Below are positions 7,819 through 17,445 of a stretch of 45,813 bases of DNA, piece after piece. The position numbers were made by a program, and so were the translations under genes. The notes beneath the pieces were generated by a model that saw nothing but the letters and a program-made list of their open reading frames with translations, was not told the origin of the DNA and searched no databases. Where the stretch lies: assembly GCA_964543925.1 (NCBI GenBank), contig CAZJBG010000003.1, positions 1-45,813 of the forward strand, in the 5' to 3' direction. How positions within the stretch are numbered: the first letter of the stretch is position 1; each line of letters begins with the position of its first letter. This DNA comes from an uncultured bacterium. Lineage in GTDB: Bacteria > Fidelibacterota > Marinisomatia > SCGC-AAA003-L08 > TS1B11.

Positions 7819-9072
7819 ATGGGGAGACCAGGAGTGATATCCTTGCAGAAAGTGAAACTGTTTCTGGCTTCCATCGCACCCGGCATATTTTTGCTGGGGT
7901 ACAATATCGGGACCGGCAGCATCACCACCATGGCTGCCACGGGCGCCAAATACGGCATGTCCCTGGTATGGGCACTTCTGCTGTCGGCCATATTCACCTA
8001 TTACCTGGTTATCGCCTTCGGTCGCTACACGGCGGTTACCGGGGAGACCGCCATCGCCAGCTACAGGAAGCATTTTGGCAAGGGGCTGGCCCTCGTGGTG
8101 TTGATTTCCATTTGGGTGAGTGAATGGATTGCCTCGGCCGGCGTGATGGGTGTGGTGGCGGAGGCCATCAAGGAATGGTCCCGGCCCTTTACATCATCCG
8201 GCGAGGGGATTAGCACGGTCATCGTAGCAGGAGGACTGGGTGGCCTCCTGTATTACCTGTTCTGGAACGGGTCCCATCGATTTTTTGAGAAGATATTGGG
8301 CGTTTTCGTTGGGCTGATGGGACTCAGTTTCGTGCTTTCCATGCTCATGGTCATTCCCGAACCTGCCGAAATCCTGAAAGGGATGGTGCCCAAAATTCCC
8401 CAGGAAACCAACGCGGCCCTGCTCATCGCCGGCATGGTAGGGACCACCATGGGCGGCGTCCTTTATGTGGTGCGCTCGATCTTGGTGCAGGAACGGGGGT
8501 GGAAGATTCAAGACACACCCACCATGCGGCGCGATGCACTGGTTTCGGTCTCACTGATGTTTCTGCTGAGTGTCGCCGTTATGGCCACCGCCGCCGGAAC
8601 GATGTTTCCACGGGGACTGGAGGTCGGCAATGCCATCGATATGGTGCTGCTGCTTGAGCCCATTGCAGGGCGATTTGCCGTGTCTGTCTTTGTGGCCGGA
8701 ATCGTGGCTGCGGGCCTTTCGTCCCTGTTTCCCCACTACCTCCTGGCGGCATGGATTCTCGCAGATTACCGCAATGAGCCTCGAGATATGCGCTCCACAA
8801 CCACTCGGCTGCTGGCATTGACCGTCGTTCTGTTGGGACTGGTTGTGCCGATATTTGGAGGCCGGCCTGTCATGGTCATGGTCGTCTCTCAGGCGATGGC
8901 CGCGATTGCGACTCCGGTGACCATCATACTCATGTTATTGATTTTAAATAAGTCCGGAATTATGGGCGAGCATAGAGCCACCCCCGGCAGCAATATCATT
9001 CTTGGGGTCATCTTTATATTCTCAATTTTAGTGGCCGTCATTGGCATTGTAGGCATTAAGGGGATGTTTTAG
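7819..9072 (+). CDS. NRAMP-fold (APC superfamily) transporter with non-canonical substrate-site motifs
   Basis: APGIFLLGYNIGTGSITTMAATGAKYGMSLVWALLLS aligns to the MntH TM1 region (GY-x-DPGN...GA..G..LLW). GMVGTTMGGVLYVVRSILVQ aligns to the TM6 region (GA.vMPHnLfLHSalvq). The protein is 417 aa and very hydrophobic. Confidence 0.85.
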   Translation: MGRPGVISLQKVKLFLASIAPGIFLLGYNIGTGSITTMAATGAKYGMSLVWALLLSAIFTYYLVIAFGRYTAVTGETAIASYRKHFGKGLALVVLISIWVSEWIASAGVMGVVAEAIKEWSRPFTSSGEGISTVIVAGGLGGLLYYLFWNGSHRFFEKILGVFVGLMGLSFVLSMLMVIPEPAEILKGMVPKIPQETNAALLIAGMVGTTMGGVLYVVRSILVQERGWKIQDTPTMRRDALVSVSLMFLLSVAVMATAAGTMFPRGLEVGNAIDMVLLLEPIAGRFAVSVFVAGIVAAGLSSLFPHYLLAAWILADYRNEPRDMRSTTTRLLALTVVLLGLVVPIFGGRPVMVMVVSQAMAAIATPVTIILMLLILNKSGIMGEHRATPGSNIILGVIFIFSILVAVIGIVGIKGMF

Positions 9073-9084
9073 CCCGGTGAATGG

Positions 9085-9999
9085 ATGGATACCAGCATGA
9101 TCAATGACGCCATCGCGTGCGGCTATCTCTACATCATTTCAAAGTATGGCTATCCGCCGCCTGCCGAGCATACCCTCAAGCATCTCGCTGAATTCCGGGA
9201 GATGGGTTTCCGCAGCATTGAACTTGAAGGTATTCATGAGGCGCATTTGAAAGCCGTCTATGCCCAACGCGCTGAAATAAAATCCGCGCTGATCGAACAT
9301 GACCTTCAGGTGCCCTATTTCTGCGTGGTCCTGCCCGGATTATCATCCCCTGACGCCGCCGTGCGAGACGCGAATTTGGGCCTGTTTGAGCTGGGCTGCG
9401 AACTCGCGGCTGACCTGGACGCCAAGGGGGTGCTTGACAACGGGCCGTTGCCGCCCTATCAATTTCCCGACGGCCTGCCGATTGTGCGGCATTACGAGGA
9501 GGACGTCCTCAGGGCGGCCCGTCTGCCCAGCGATCTGGACTGGCCCCGATACTGGGACGCCCTGGTGGATACCTATTCGACAGCCTGCGACATTGCAGCC
9601 ACCCGAAACCTGACCTACCAAATCCATCCGTGCATGGGTGTGCTCACGTCCACGACCGATGGATTCCTGCAACTCTATGACGCGGTGAAACGGGACAATC
9701 TCAGGTTCAACTTTGACGTTGCAAATCTGTTTGTGATGAAGGAGAACCTGACTTTATCCCTGCGCCGACTGGCCGGCCTGATGGATTATATTCACCTCTC
9801 GGATAACAATGGACGGCGCGTGGAGCACCTGATGCCTGGCGATGGGGCCATCGAGTGGGATCCATTTTTTGAGACGTTGGCGGTGATCGGCTTTCAAGGA
9901 CATATTGGCCTGGATATTGGGGGTGCTGAGTCCGGTGTTGCCGACCTGCCCGCCGCCTATGCCAAAGCCGCCCAGTGGCTTGAGGGCCGCTGGAGATGA
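9085..9999 (+). CDS. Sugar-phosphate isomerase/epimerase, xylose-isomerase-like TIM barrel
   Basis: YIHLSDNNGRRVEHLMPGDGAIEWDPFFETL and GHIGLDIGG are typical of the AP_endonuc_2 / xylose-isomerase-like TIM family. The stop overlaps the next ATG (ATGA at 9996-9999). Confidence 0.85.
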   Translation: MDTSMINDAIACGYLYIISKYGYPPPAEHTLKHLAEFREMGFRSIELEGIHEAHLKAVYAQRAEIKSALIEHDLQVPYFCVVLPGLSSPDAAVRDANLGLFELGCELAADLDAKGVLDNGPLPPYQFPDGLPIVRHYEEDVLRAARLPSDLDWPRYWDALVDTYSTACDIAATRNLTYQIHPCMGVLTSTTDGFLQLYDAVKRDNLRFNFDVANLFVMKENLTLSLRRLAGLMDYIHLSDNNGRRVEHLMPGDGAIEWDPFFETLAVIGFQGHIGLDIGGAESGVADLPAAYAKAAQWLEGRWR

Positions 10000-12575
10000 T
10001 GCCCCGCCGTATCATGGTTGCCGCGCTGGTTTTCCTGGCGCCGCTGGAAAGCCATATCAGTGCCCAAACCGTGTTGCCGATTGTTCCCAAACCGCAGCAA
10101 GTGATACTCGGCAGAGGGATGTTTCGCCTCGCCGGCTCGCAGATCAACATTAGGCTATCGGCCGGCAATGCGGCTGATCACCGGACAGCCCGAAGCAGCT
10201 TGGACTCGGCCCTGGACGAACTGGGCCTGTGGACGGCCGATTGGACGGGGTCAGGGAACCCGCACATCTGGATCGGTATTCCTGCCGAGGATGCGGCCTT
10301 CGCCGATCATGCACGAAAAACCGGGATTTGGCCGGATGATCATTTAGGTGAGGAAGGCTACGCGCTCTCGGTCGGTCGAAAGCAGATAACGATTGCCGCC
10401 ACCACCCCGGCCGGTCTGTTCTACGGCGTCCAGTCACTCGTTCAGCTGCTCCGCGGCGCAGAATCGCAGGGACAGCTTCCGGTGGTGACGATCAAGGACT
10501 GGCCGGATTTTAAGTACCGGGCTCTGATGGACGATATCAGTCGCGGCCCGATTCCCACGATGGACTTTTTTAAGCAGCAAATCCGGCGTTCGGCCGAACT
10601 GAAAATGAATCTGCTGAGCCATTATGTTGAAAATGTTGTGGTCACCAAAGGCCACCCCGATCTGACACCCCCGGGCACCGGGCTTACCCTGGATCAATGG
10701 GCTGAATTGCGCGACTATGCCGCCGACTACCACATGGATTTGCTGGGGAATTTTCAATCTTTCGGCCATTTCGCCAGCATTCTCAAGCATCCTGCGTACA
10801 GCTCGTTGGGTGAAGGCGGGCGGATGATTTCCCCGGTGAATGAGGACAGCTATGTCTTTCTGGAAAGTATCTATGATGAATTCGTCCCGATATTTGACAC
10901 ACCGTGGTTCAATATCAACGCTGATGAGACCTGGGATCTCGGTGTTGGCGAATCAAAGGCCCTCGTCGATAGCATCGGTATAGCCGCCGTATTCGCCGGG
11001 CACATCAACCGGTTGGACGCCATGATGAAAAGTCACGGCAAGCGAACCATGCTGTGGGGGGATTTTATCCTGGCCCACTCCGAATCCATCGATATGCTGC
11101 CTAAAGACGCCATCCTGGCTACCTGGGAATATGACAATCTGAGCAGCTATGAACATCTGCTGCGGCCGTTAGCCGAATCGGGCCGGGAACTTTTCATCAG
11201 CCCCGGTGTGCTCAACTCAAACCGCATTATGCCCGACTACATCCAAACCCGTGGCAACATCAGTGGATTCATCAAGGAAGCCGCTCAATTTGGCGTGCAG
11301 GGGATCATCTTGACGGTATGGGATGATGGCGGCCAGGCCCTGTTCACGAAAGACTGGTACGGCGTGGCTTATTCGGCGGAGCTCAGCTGGAATGTTGCGG
11401 CCGGCAACCAGGCCGATTTTGATTCCCGCCTGGACCGAGCCATGTATGGTGACTTGGAGGGAACGCTAGCGAAAGCGATCAATTTGCTGAGCCGGCTCAC
11501 TGATCTGGGACCGACCCAGAGAATGAATGAGCAGGTTTTCATGAGCCATCTGGTGCCGTCCCGGGGAGCGACCGTTGGGCTGATCAATTTGGATGAGTGG
11601 GATCAAGTCCTTGAAATCACCACGGCGATTGATGACCTGATTGCCGGGGCAACTCCCCGAAGCAGGGCCGGCGACCTGGATTATGTCCAATTTACGGCAG
11701 ATCAATACCGCTATATGGCCGAGGCTCGCCACGATATATTGCAGGCGGCCGATCATTACCGCGTCGCCAGTGACGAGGGGGCAACAGATGGCGATGCCAG
11801 GCGGCAAAATATTGTGAAGGCGCTGGGCCTGATCGTGTCAGTGGGCAATCGGTTAGCTGATTTACGAGGGCGAAACACCCAGCTTTGGCTGAGGGAAAAT
11901 CGCGTCCATGCCCTCGATCTTGTCCAGGCATCCTATGATGGGCATCTGGCCGACCTTGAGGAAACGACTTTACTGCTGCAGTCTGCTCTGGCCGAGTTTG
12001 ATAAGGGATCACCACTGCTTCGGCCCGCTGCCGTGCGCCTGCAGGTCGAGCAAACCCGGAGCCGGTATTTCCAGGGTTGGCTCATGGCTGGACCGTTTGA
12101 GAATGACGATAACTCGGCGGCCAATCCCGACCACCTGGCCCAGATGGGCGGCATCGCCGATGCCCGGCCCACAGTTTATTCCGTGATCGATCTCCCCGAT
12201 GGAACCAAGCGGCCCTGGCAGAAAATTTATTCATTGGATTACGGGCACCTGGACCTGGCCAGGCAATATGGACCCACTCAGCAGGCTGTGGCCTATGCCT
12301 ACGCCCGCATTACCTCCCCTAAGGCGCAAACCATCCGGGCGACCTTGGGCAGTAATAGCGGCATTACGGCCTATCTCAATGGGCTGCCCGTTCACCGGAA
12401 TCAGGCGATGCGAAGCCTGACTCTGGATGAGGACGAGTTTGAGTTGCCGCTGGTTTCAGGCAACAATCATCTGATGCTGAAAATTGACCAGGGAACCGAC
12501 GGGTGGGGGTTCTCATTTCAACTGCCCGGTCTCGCCTTCAAGAACAACAAGTTCAGGTACTACCTGCAGGATTAA
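9996..12575 (+). CDS. Glycoside hydrolase family 20 (beta-N-acetylhexosaminidase-like) with a C-terminal beta-sandwich module
   Basis: Signal peptide. GH20b-like GYALSVGRKQITIAATTPAGLFYGVQSLVQLL. Catalytic-domain start VTIKDWPDFKYRALMDDISRG. A D-E pair in FNINADETWDLG. An extra ~170-aa C-terminal domain is encoded at 12063-12572. Confidence 0.85.
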   Translation: MMPRRIMVAALVFLAPLESHISAQTVLPIVPKPQQVILGRGMFRLAGSQINIRLSAGNAADHRTARSSLDSALDELGLWTADWTGSGNPHIWIGIPAEDAAFADHARKTGIWPDDHLGEEGYALSVGRKQITIAATTPAGLFYGVQSLVQLLRGAESQGQLPVVTIKDWPDFKYRALMDDISRGPIPTMDFFKQQIRRSAELKMNLLSHYVENVVVTKGHPDLTPPGTGLTLDQWAELRDYAADYHMDLLGNFQSFGHFASILKHPAYSSLGEGGRMISPVNEDSYVFLESIYDEFVPIFDTPWFNINADETWDLGVGESKALVDSIGIAAVFAGHINRLDAMMKSHGKRTMLWGDFILAHSESIDMLPKDAILATWEYDNLSSYEHLLRPLAESGRELFISPGVLNSNRIMPDYIQTRGNISGFIKEAAQFGVQGIILTVWDDGGQALFTKDWYGVAYSAELSWNVAAGNQADFDSRLDRAMYGDLEGTLAKAINLLSRLTDLGPTQRMNEQVFMSHLVPSRGATVGLINLDEWDQVLEITTAIDDLIAGATPRSRAGDLDYVQFTADQYRYMAEARHDILQAADHYRVASDEGATDGDARRQNIVKALGLIVSVGNRLADLRGRNTQLWLRENRVHALDLVQASYDGHLADLEETTLLLQSALAEFDKGSPLLRPAAVRLQVEQTRSRYFQGWLMAGPFENDDNSAANPDHLAQMGGIADARPTVYSVIDLPDGTKRPWQKIYSLDYGHLDLARQYGPTQQAVAYAYARITSPKAQTIRATLGSNSGITAYLNGLPVHRNQAMRSLTLDEDEFELPLVSGNNHLMLKIDQGTDGWGFSFQLPGLAFKNNKFRYYLQD

Positions 12576-12614
12576 TTCGGCCGCCCGACAGCTGCATGGC
12601 AGGCCGTCAAGTTA

Positions 12615-13472
12615 TCACCGTGTTGGCCGGGAGTCCCGTTCGCCGGTGAATGCCGCCGCTTCACTAAGCAGAGCAGCAGCATCTTGATCGAGGTGCAGGA
12701 CGGCATGCTCATGTTGCCTGATGATTGACGCCGGGCAGGCGACCTCAATGGAACCCTCGAGCGTTTTTTGGACGGCATTTTGCTTCGCAGGACCGGGGAC
12801 CACCAATGACAAATAGCGGGCACTCATCAAGACCGGGATGGTAAGGGTCATAGCCGTGCGAGGCACCTCATTGACCTGGGCGAAGGCCCCGTCATTCACC
12901 TGCTGCTGCCGGGACATATGATCCATCTCCACCTGTTTAACCGCCAATGGATCGTCAAAATCCGCTACCGGCGGGTCATTGAATGCCAGATGGCCATTTT
13001 CGCCGATGCCCATGCAAACCAGGTCGAGTGGGGCCGCCTGCAGCAGCTCGGCATAGCGCTGACATTCTGCGGCCACATCCTCAGCCAGAGGGTTGAGGCG
13101 GTGAAAATTTTTCAGCGGCACATGGGCGGCGAGTCTGTCGATCAAAAATTGCCCAAACGACTGGCGTGAAGCCGGGTCAATTCCGATATACTCATCCATA
13201 TGGTAGGCCTCTACGCGCTGCCAGGGGATACCGGGTTGCCTGACCAGGTGCTCAAGGAACTCATTTTGGGAAGGCGCGGAAGCGAATACAATCCGGACGA
13301 ACTCCTGGGCTTGAAGTTGGCTCATGATAATACCACCCACCCGCTCAGCTGCCCCGCGGCCCATCGCCTGGCGGTCCGCATAGATACGCACCTCGGCACG
13401 GTCTACCTGGAAAACCTGATGCTGGGCTGGGGGTATCAAACTCTGCCAAACAAGGGTGCTGATGAGCAGCAC
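12615..13472 (-). CDS. nagB: Glucosamine-6-phosphate deaminase / 6-phosphogluconolactonase family protein
   Basis: VRIVFASAPSQNEFL, HMDEYIGI and LVCMGIGENGHLAFNDPP are NagB/Pgl-family motifs. The GTG start at 13472 is uncertain; an in-frame TTG lies about 33 nt downstream. Confidence 0.75.
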   Translation of the reverse strand: MLLISTLVWQSLIPPAQHQVFQVDRAEVRIYADRQAMGRGAAERVGGIIMSQLQAQEFVRIVFASAPSQNEFLEHLVRQPGIPWQRVEAYHMDEYIGIDPASRQSFGQFLIDRLAAHVPLKNFHRLNPLAEDVAAECQRYAELLQAAPLDLVCMGIGENGHLAFNDPPVADFDDPLAVKQVEMDHMSRQQQVNDGAFAQVNEVPRTAMTLTIPVLMSARYLSLVVPGPAKQNAVQKTLEGSIEVACPASIIRQHEHAVLHLDQDAAALLSEAAAFTGERDSRPTR

Positions 13473-13514
13473 ATCGGCCGCGGCAGTGTGCTCATCAAGC
13501 GTGTCGCACCTGAA

Positions 13515-14822
13515 TCACCGGTACTGGACCTCAATGGGACTGTTGAGTTCAGCGATCACCCGATCCAGATAGATTTGGAAACCGTCCAGGGAAGTGATGC
13601 CGTTGGGCTCCTGGTCCCAGGCGGCCAGAAAATAGTAGTCGAGCTGTCCTGCTGCGGGTCGCAGAAGCACCAAGTGGCTGATCTCATCTTCGGCGAGGGA
13701 ATTCAAATCCGCCTGCCGATAGACAATCGCAATCCCCAGATTTTCGTCATTCATGGTCATTTTGCCATAGAGTCCCAAATAGTCCCATGCTCCACTTCCC
13801 CTGCTATGGGGAGAGACAACTCGGCCGGCCTCATGTTTGGCAAGGCCTGTCGCCAGAATCAGGTCACCATCCCCCGATATCCGGACCGAATGCTGGGTCA
13901 ACCGGCTGCCTGCAATGATGCTGAGCTCCGAGGTCAAATCGTAAACGCCGGCTCCAGCGCGCCAGTTATAATAACGGGTTCGTATGAGTGACTGCACCGG
14001 CCCGGTAGATATGATCTCACTGACCACGCTGTCAGTATTGGCGACCATCTCAACGGCGCCATTGTGCCAGAGACCTATAGACCCCACACCCATGGATTCG
14101 CCAACCTGGAAGATGTCCATGCCCCAAGGTGCCGACTCATGGTAGGAATCGAATCCATCCTGACCAACATCCTGCAACACCATATCCGTGGTCAATTTGC
14201 CAAAGATATCCGTGGCGTTACGCTGGTCGAGGTAGAACCGGTAGCCGACCTTGTCCGACTCCCAACCCGGACCCTCATAGCGCAGGAAGTTGTTATGGTC
14301 CCGGTGACCGGGGGGTAAGGTTGACCTTTTGACATTCTCAAATTTTCCGCCGGTATATACGCCATCCACAAGGGTGGCGCCTACTTTTTGCGATAGTTCG
14401 GCCTGAGTTCTTGGGGCATATTTGCGGTGGCGAGCACCCGAAGCGGCATAGCGAACCGTTATCGATTTTATTTCATGGGCCCCGAAGTGGGACACGAACA
14501 CCAGTTGATCAACCTGGCCGTCGTCATCGGCATCGACGCCCTGACTCGGCAGTTCCGTGGCCCCGTCCATGATCACGAACGCCTGTGGATTAAACTGGCT
14601 ATGGTGCTCCAATATGTCGATGACCCCGAGTCGAATGGCCGCATCTGATCTCGCGGCCGGACTTGGGTTGGTCAGAGTCACATTAAAGGACTCCGGGTAG
14701 ATCGTTTCGATGTCAGGGCCCGTGCAACCAGTCAGGATGATCATGCCGGCACAGAGCGCACTAAGACGAAATAGCATATTCATGGATGAAGGTCCTTTCC
14801 GATATCGCTGCTGAGTATTCAT
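13515..14822 (-). CDS. Lipoprotein, DUF4861-like (family commonly found next to kduD/kduI)
   Basis: Lipobox MIILTGC. LRYEGPGWESDKVGYRFYLDQRNATDIFGK matches my recollection of the DUF4861 core. ATGA overlap with the kduD stop. The true start may be the ATG at 14783. Confidence 0.7.
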   Translation of the reverse strand: MNTQQRYRKGPSSMNMLFRLSALCAGMIILTGCTGPDIETIYPESFNVTLTNPSPAARSDAAIRLGVIDILEHHSQFNPQAFVIMDGATELPSQGVDADDDGQVDQLVFVSHFGAHEIKSITVRYAASGARHRKYAPRTQAELSQKVGATLVDGVYTGGKFENVKRSTLPPGHRDHNNFLRYEGPGWESDKVGYRFYLDQRNATDIFGKLTTDMVLQDVGQDGFDSYHESAPWGMDIFQVGESMGVGSIGLWHNGAVEMVANTDSVVSEIISTGPVQSLIRTRYYNWRAGAGVYDLTSELSIIAGSRLTQHSVRISGDGDLILATGLAKHEAGRVVSPHSRGSGAWDYLGLYGKMTMNDENLGIAIVYRQADLNSLAEDEISHLVLLRPAAGQLDYYFLAAWDQEPNGITSLDGFQIYLDRVIAELNSPIEVQYR

Positions 14823-15598
14823 CGCGCCATCCAGCCGCCATCGACCAGCAGAACATGGCCGTTGACGTAGTCGGATGCTTTTGATGCCAGAAAGACGGCG
14901 GCACCCTTAAGGTCCTCCGGCTGGCCCCATTTTCCCGAGGGTATTCGTACGCTTATCGCTTCAAATCTGGCGCGGTCATCCCGTAGCGCCTGGGTGTTGT
15001 CGGTGGCGAAATAGCCGGGCGCAATGGCATTCACCTGCACGTTATGCTGCGCCCACTCATTGGCCAGGGCCTTGGTGAGCTGGGCCACCCCCCCTTTACT
15101 CGCCGCGTAAGATGGCACAGTGATACCCCCCGAAAAACTGAGCAGTGACGCGATATTGATAATCTTGCCCCGGCGCCTAGCGACCATTTCCTTGCCCACA
15201 TCCCGGCAAAGCTGAAAGACCGCTGTCAGGTTGGTTTGCATCACGACCGCCCAATCATCATCCGAGTGCTCGACAGCGGGAGTTCGACGGATTATTCCGG
15301 CATTGTTGATTAAAATATCGATGCTGCCCAACTGGTCCATCGTATTGGCAATCGCATTCTGAATGGCTTTCGGCTGGCTCACATCGCAGGCAACTTTCAG
15401 GAATTTACGCCCCTGTGCCAGGACAGCCTCAGCTGTTTCGCTGAGGTTATCCTCGCGGGTGGCAATTCCGGCGACATCGGCACCAGCCTCTGCCATGGCC
15501 GCAGCCATGGCTTGACCCAGACCGCGGCTCGCCCCTGTCACCAGCGCAACCTTGCCATCCAGGCGAAAGCGATCCAGGATTGATGGCCGGTCGTTCAT
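14819..15598 (-). CDS. kduD: 2-dehydro-3-deoxy-D-gluconate 5-dehydrogenase (SDR)
   Basis: FRLDGKVALVTGASRGLG, NNAGI, YAASKGGV and APGYFATDNT are the classic KduD-type SDR pattern. 4-nt overlaps on both sides. Confidence 0.9.
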   Translation of the reverse strand: MNDRPSILDRFRLDGKVALVTGASRGLGQAMAAAMAEAGADVAGIATREDNLSETAEAVLAQGRKFLKVACDVSQPKAIQNAIANTMDQLGSIDILINNAGIIRRTPAVEHSDDDWAVVMQTNLTAVFQLCRDVGKEMVARRRGKIINIASLLSFSGGITVPSYAASKGGVAQLTKALANEWAQHNVQVNAIAPGYFATDNTQALRDDRARFEAISVRIPSGKWGQPEDLKGAAVFLASKASDYVNGHVLLVDGGWMAR

Positions 15599-17373
15599 TT
15601 GGCGCCTGCTTCCGATTGGAGTTTGGCAATTTCGACAGCAGCCAGCATAACAGACCCCACACCGCGTGGATCGTGGAGGAACCTGTCACGATCATAGTAG
15701 AACTGAAGATTGTCGCCGACGCCGGTTCCACGAGTGATGTCGTGGACCAAACCGTCCCTATCGACTTTGCCTCGCAGGCCATCCCAACCACGGAGGGCCG
15801 CTTCGCGGTAGACTTCATCCAGCCATCCCAGGCGCACCCCGCGGGCCAACCCTAACACAAACATGCTGGTGCATGAAGTCTCTTCAAAGGAATCATGATA
15901 GTCCAGCACCTGGTGCCACATACCGCTGGTAGGATCTTGCTGGGCAACCAGTCCCTCCATGTGGCGCCGGAAGTAGGCGAGTATCTGCTGATAGTCCCGA
16001 TGGTCCTTCGGCAAGTACTCGAGGGCCTCCGACATGGCCCAGACAGACCAGCCGTTGGCGCGACCCCAGTAGGCGAGTGAGCGTTCCTGAGACTGACTGA
16101 ACCAGGTGTGCTTCAGCAGTCCCTTTTCCGCCACAAACAGCAGGTCGGTAAACTGAATGAGCTGGCGGGCGGCATCATCATAGTAGGCACGGTCCCCAGT
16201 CATCTGGCCCATGCGCAACAAAAAGGGTACGCTCATGAAAAGGTCGTCCGCCCAGACGGTATAGGGCTCGGGCTCGGGCCGGGCAAACGTTCCGTCGGCG
16301 AGTCGCAGCTGCTGATGAGATACATATTCGTCAATTTCTTCAATGAGCGGCCGGAACTGTTCACCCTCACCCCGGCGCAACAGTTCAAGGTAGGGCAGGG
16401 CGGGAGCGCCGGAATCATCGAGCATGGATCGGCGGAAAATCCGGTGATAGCTGCCGCGGTAGGCGTGACGGACCTCGTACTGCCACTTGAAATAATCGTA
16501 GTTGGCGATGGTGAAATCACAGTAGCGCTTTACAAAGTCGCCAATGCGCTCATCTCCCAGGTAATCGGCGACAGCCAGCATGCCCAGCATGGTCGCGCCG
16601 TGGGCGTAATGCCAATCATTTGTTGTCCGTCGCCGGTGTTCAACCTTGAGCTGCCACAAATCCTCCGTTGGCGGGGTAAGCCATGGATATCCAAAGTCCG
16701 CCGCTGTGCCGATTGCTCCCATGAGGTCTACCGCCGTTTGTGCCGGGATCGGACCTTGAACCAACCAGTGCGCGCCGCCTCGCTCGGGGGCAAATGATGC
16801 GAGTGAAAAAGTGACGCCCTCCTCAGGCTCACCGCGATTGTCGAGGGGCCGGAGGAAAAATATCCATGGATCGCTCTGAGTTGTGACCTCGACCACGACC
16901 CGATTGCTGCCCTTCCGGAGATCGACCGTAAAGCTATCCTGAAAGGAGAACATGCCGTAGCCTACCTCAGGGACGGCAGGCACTCGGGGCTGATCCCAGC
17001 TGTACGCCAAATCGTCATTGATCCAGATGTTGACCTGGTCGCTTGCGCTGACGCCAAAGGCGATGCTGGAATCGTATGCGCTCTCAATGGATGATACGGC
17101 GATGGCGGTCGCCGGTCCCGACGTACCGATGATGCGCCGGAAATCGACAAATTCCACACCTTGTACCGGTTCCTGCGGCACACGCTCGAATTCGAATGAA
17201 ACGCTATTGATGACCTGCCCGGCGACCGCCGTGGCGATCTCCGCTGGCGTTCGCGTATCGGGCTGCGGCGCGCAAGACCCGCCTAGGACCAGCAGACCCA
17301 GGGCGATAATCGATAGGGGATAGGGAAGACGGGGGCCGCGATTTATCAGCGTGCGAATAACCATGCTAAACAA
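15595..17373 (-). CDS. Unsaturated rhamnogalacturonyl/glucuronyl hydrolase (GH105/GH88, PF07470-type) with an N-terminal beta-sandwich module
   Basis: Lipobox LVLGGSC. The catalytic region has WHYAHGATMLGML, YWGRANGWSVWAMSEAL, GMWHQVLD and ETSCTSMF. The extra N-terminal domain spans roughly aa 55-177 (16843-17211). Confidence 0.9.
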   Translation of the reverse strand: MFSMVIRTLINRGPRLPYPLSIIALGLLVLGGSCAPQPDTRTPAEIATAVAGQVINSVSFEFERVPQEPVQGVEFVDFRRIIGTSGPATAIAVSSIESAYDSSIAFGVSASDQVNIWINDDLAYSWDQPRVPAVPEVGYGMFSFQDSFTVDLRKGSNRVVVEVTTQSDPWIFFLRPLDNRGEPEEGVTFSLASFAPERGGAHWLVQGPIPAQTAVDLMGAIGTAADFGYPWLTPPTEDLWQLKVEHRRRTTNDWHYAHGATMLGMLAVADYLGDERIGDFVKRYCDFTIANYDYFKWQYEVRHAYRGSYHRIFRRSMLDDSGAPALPYLELLRRGEGEQFRPLIEEIDEYVSHQQLRLADGTFARPEPEPYTVWADDLFMSVPFLLRMGQMTGDRAYYDDAARQLIQFTDLLFVAEKGLLKHTWFSQSQERSLAYWGRANGWSVWAMSEALEYLPKDHRDYQQILAYFRRHMEGLVAQQDPTSGMWHQVLDYHDSFEETSCTSMFVLGLARGVRLGWLDEVYREAALRGWDGLRGKVDRDGLVHDITRGTGVGDNLQFYYDRDRFLHDPRGVGSVMLAAVEIAKLQSEAGAK

Positions 17374-17445
17374 TCTCCATTACGGGTCCATCCCAAGTCG
17401 ATGGAACCATGAAATGAATTTAGTACCAAACGGTGCCAATGTCAT

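Noticed and set aside
13200-13991. Long ORFs antisense to or out of frame with confident genes: 13200..13991, 16108..16797, 23709..24410, 24726..25268, 25380..25940, 40270..40986, 41026..41688, 2377..2826 and many shorter ones
   Set aside because: These are shadow ORFs expected in ~60% GC DNA. Each is fully covered by a gene with clear family motifs. Their translations are Arg/Pro/Gly-rich and have no recognisable motifs.
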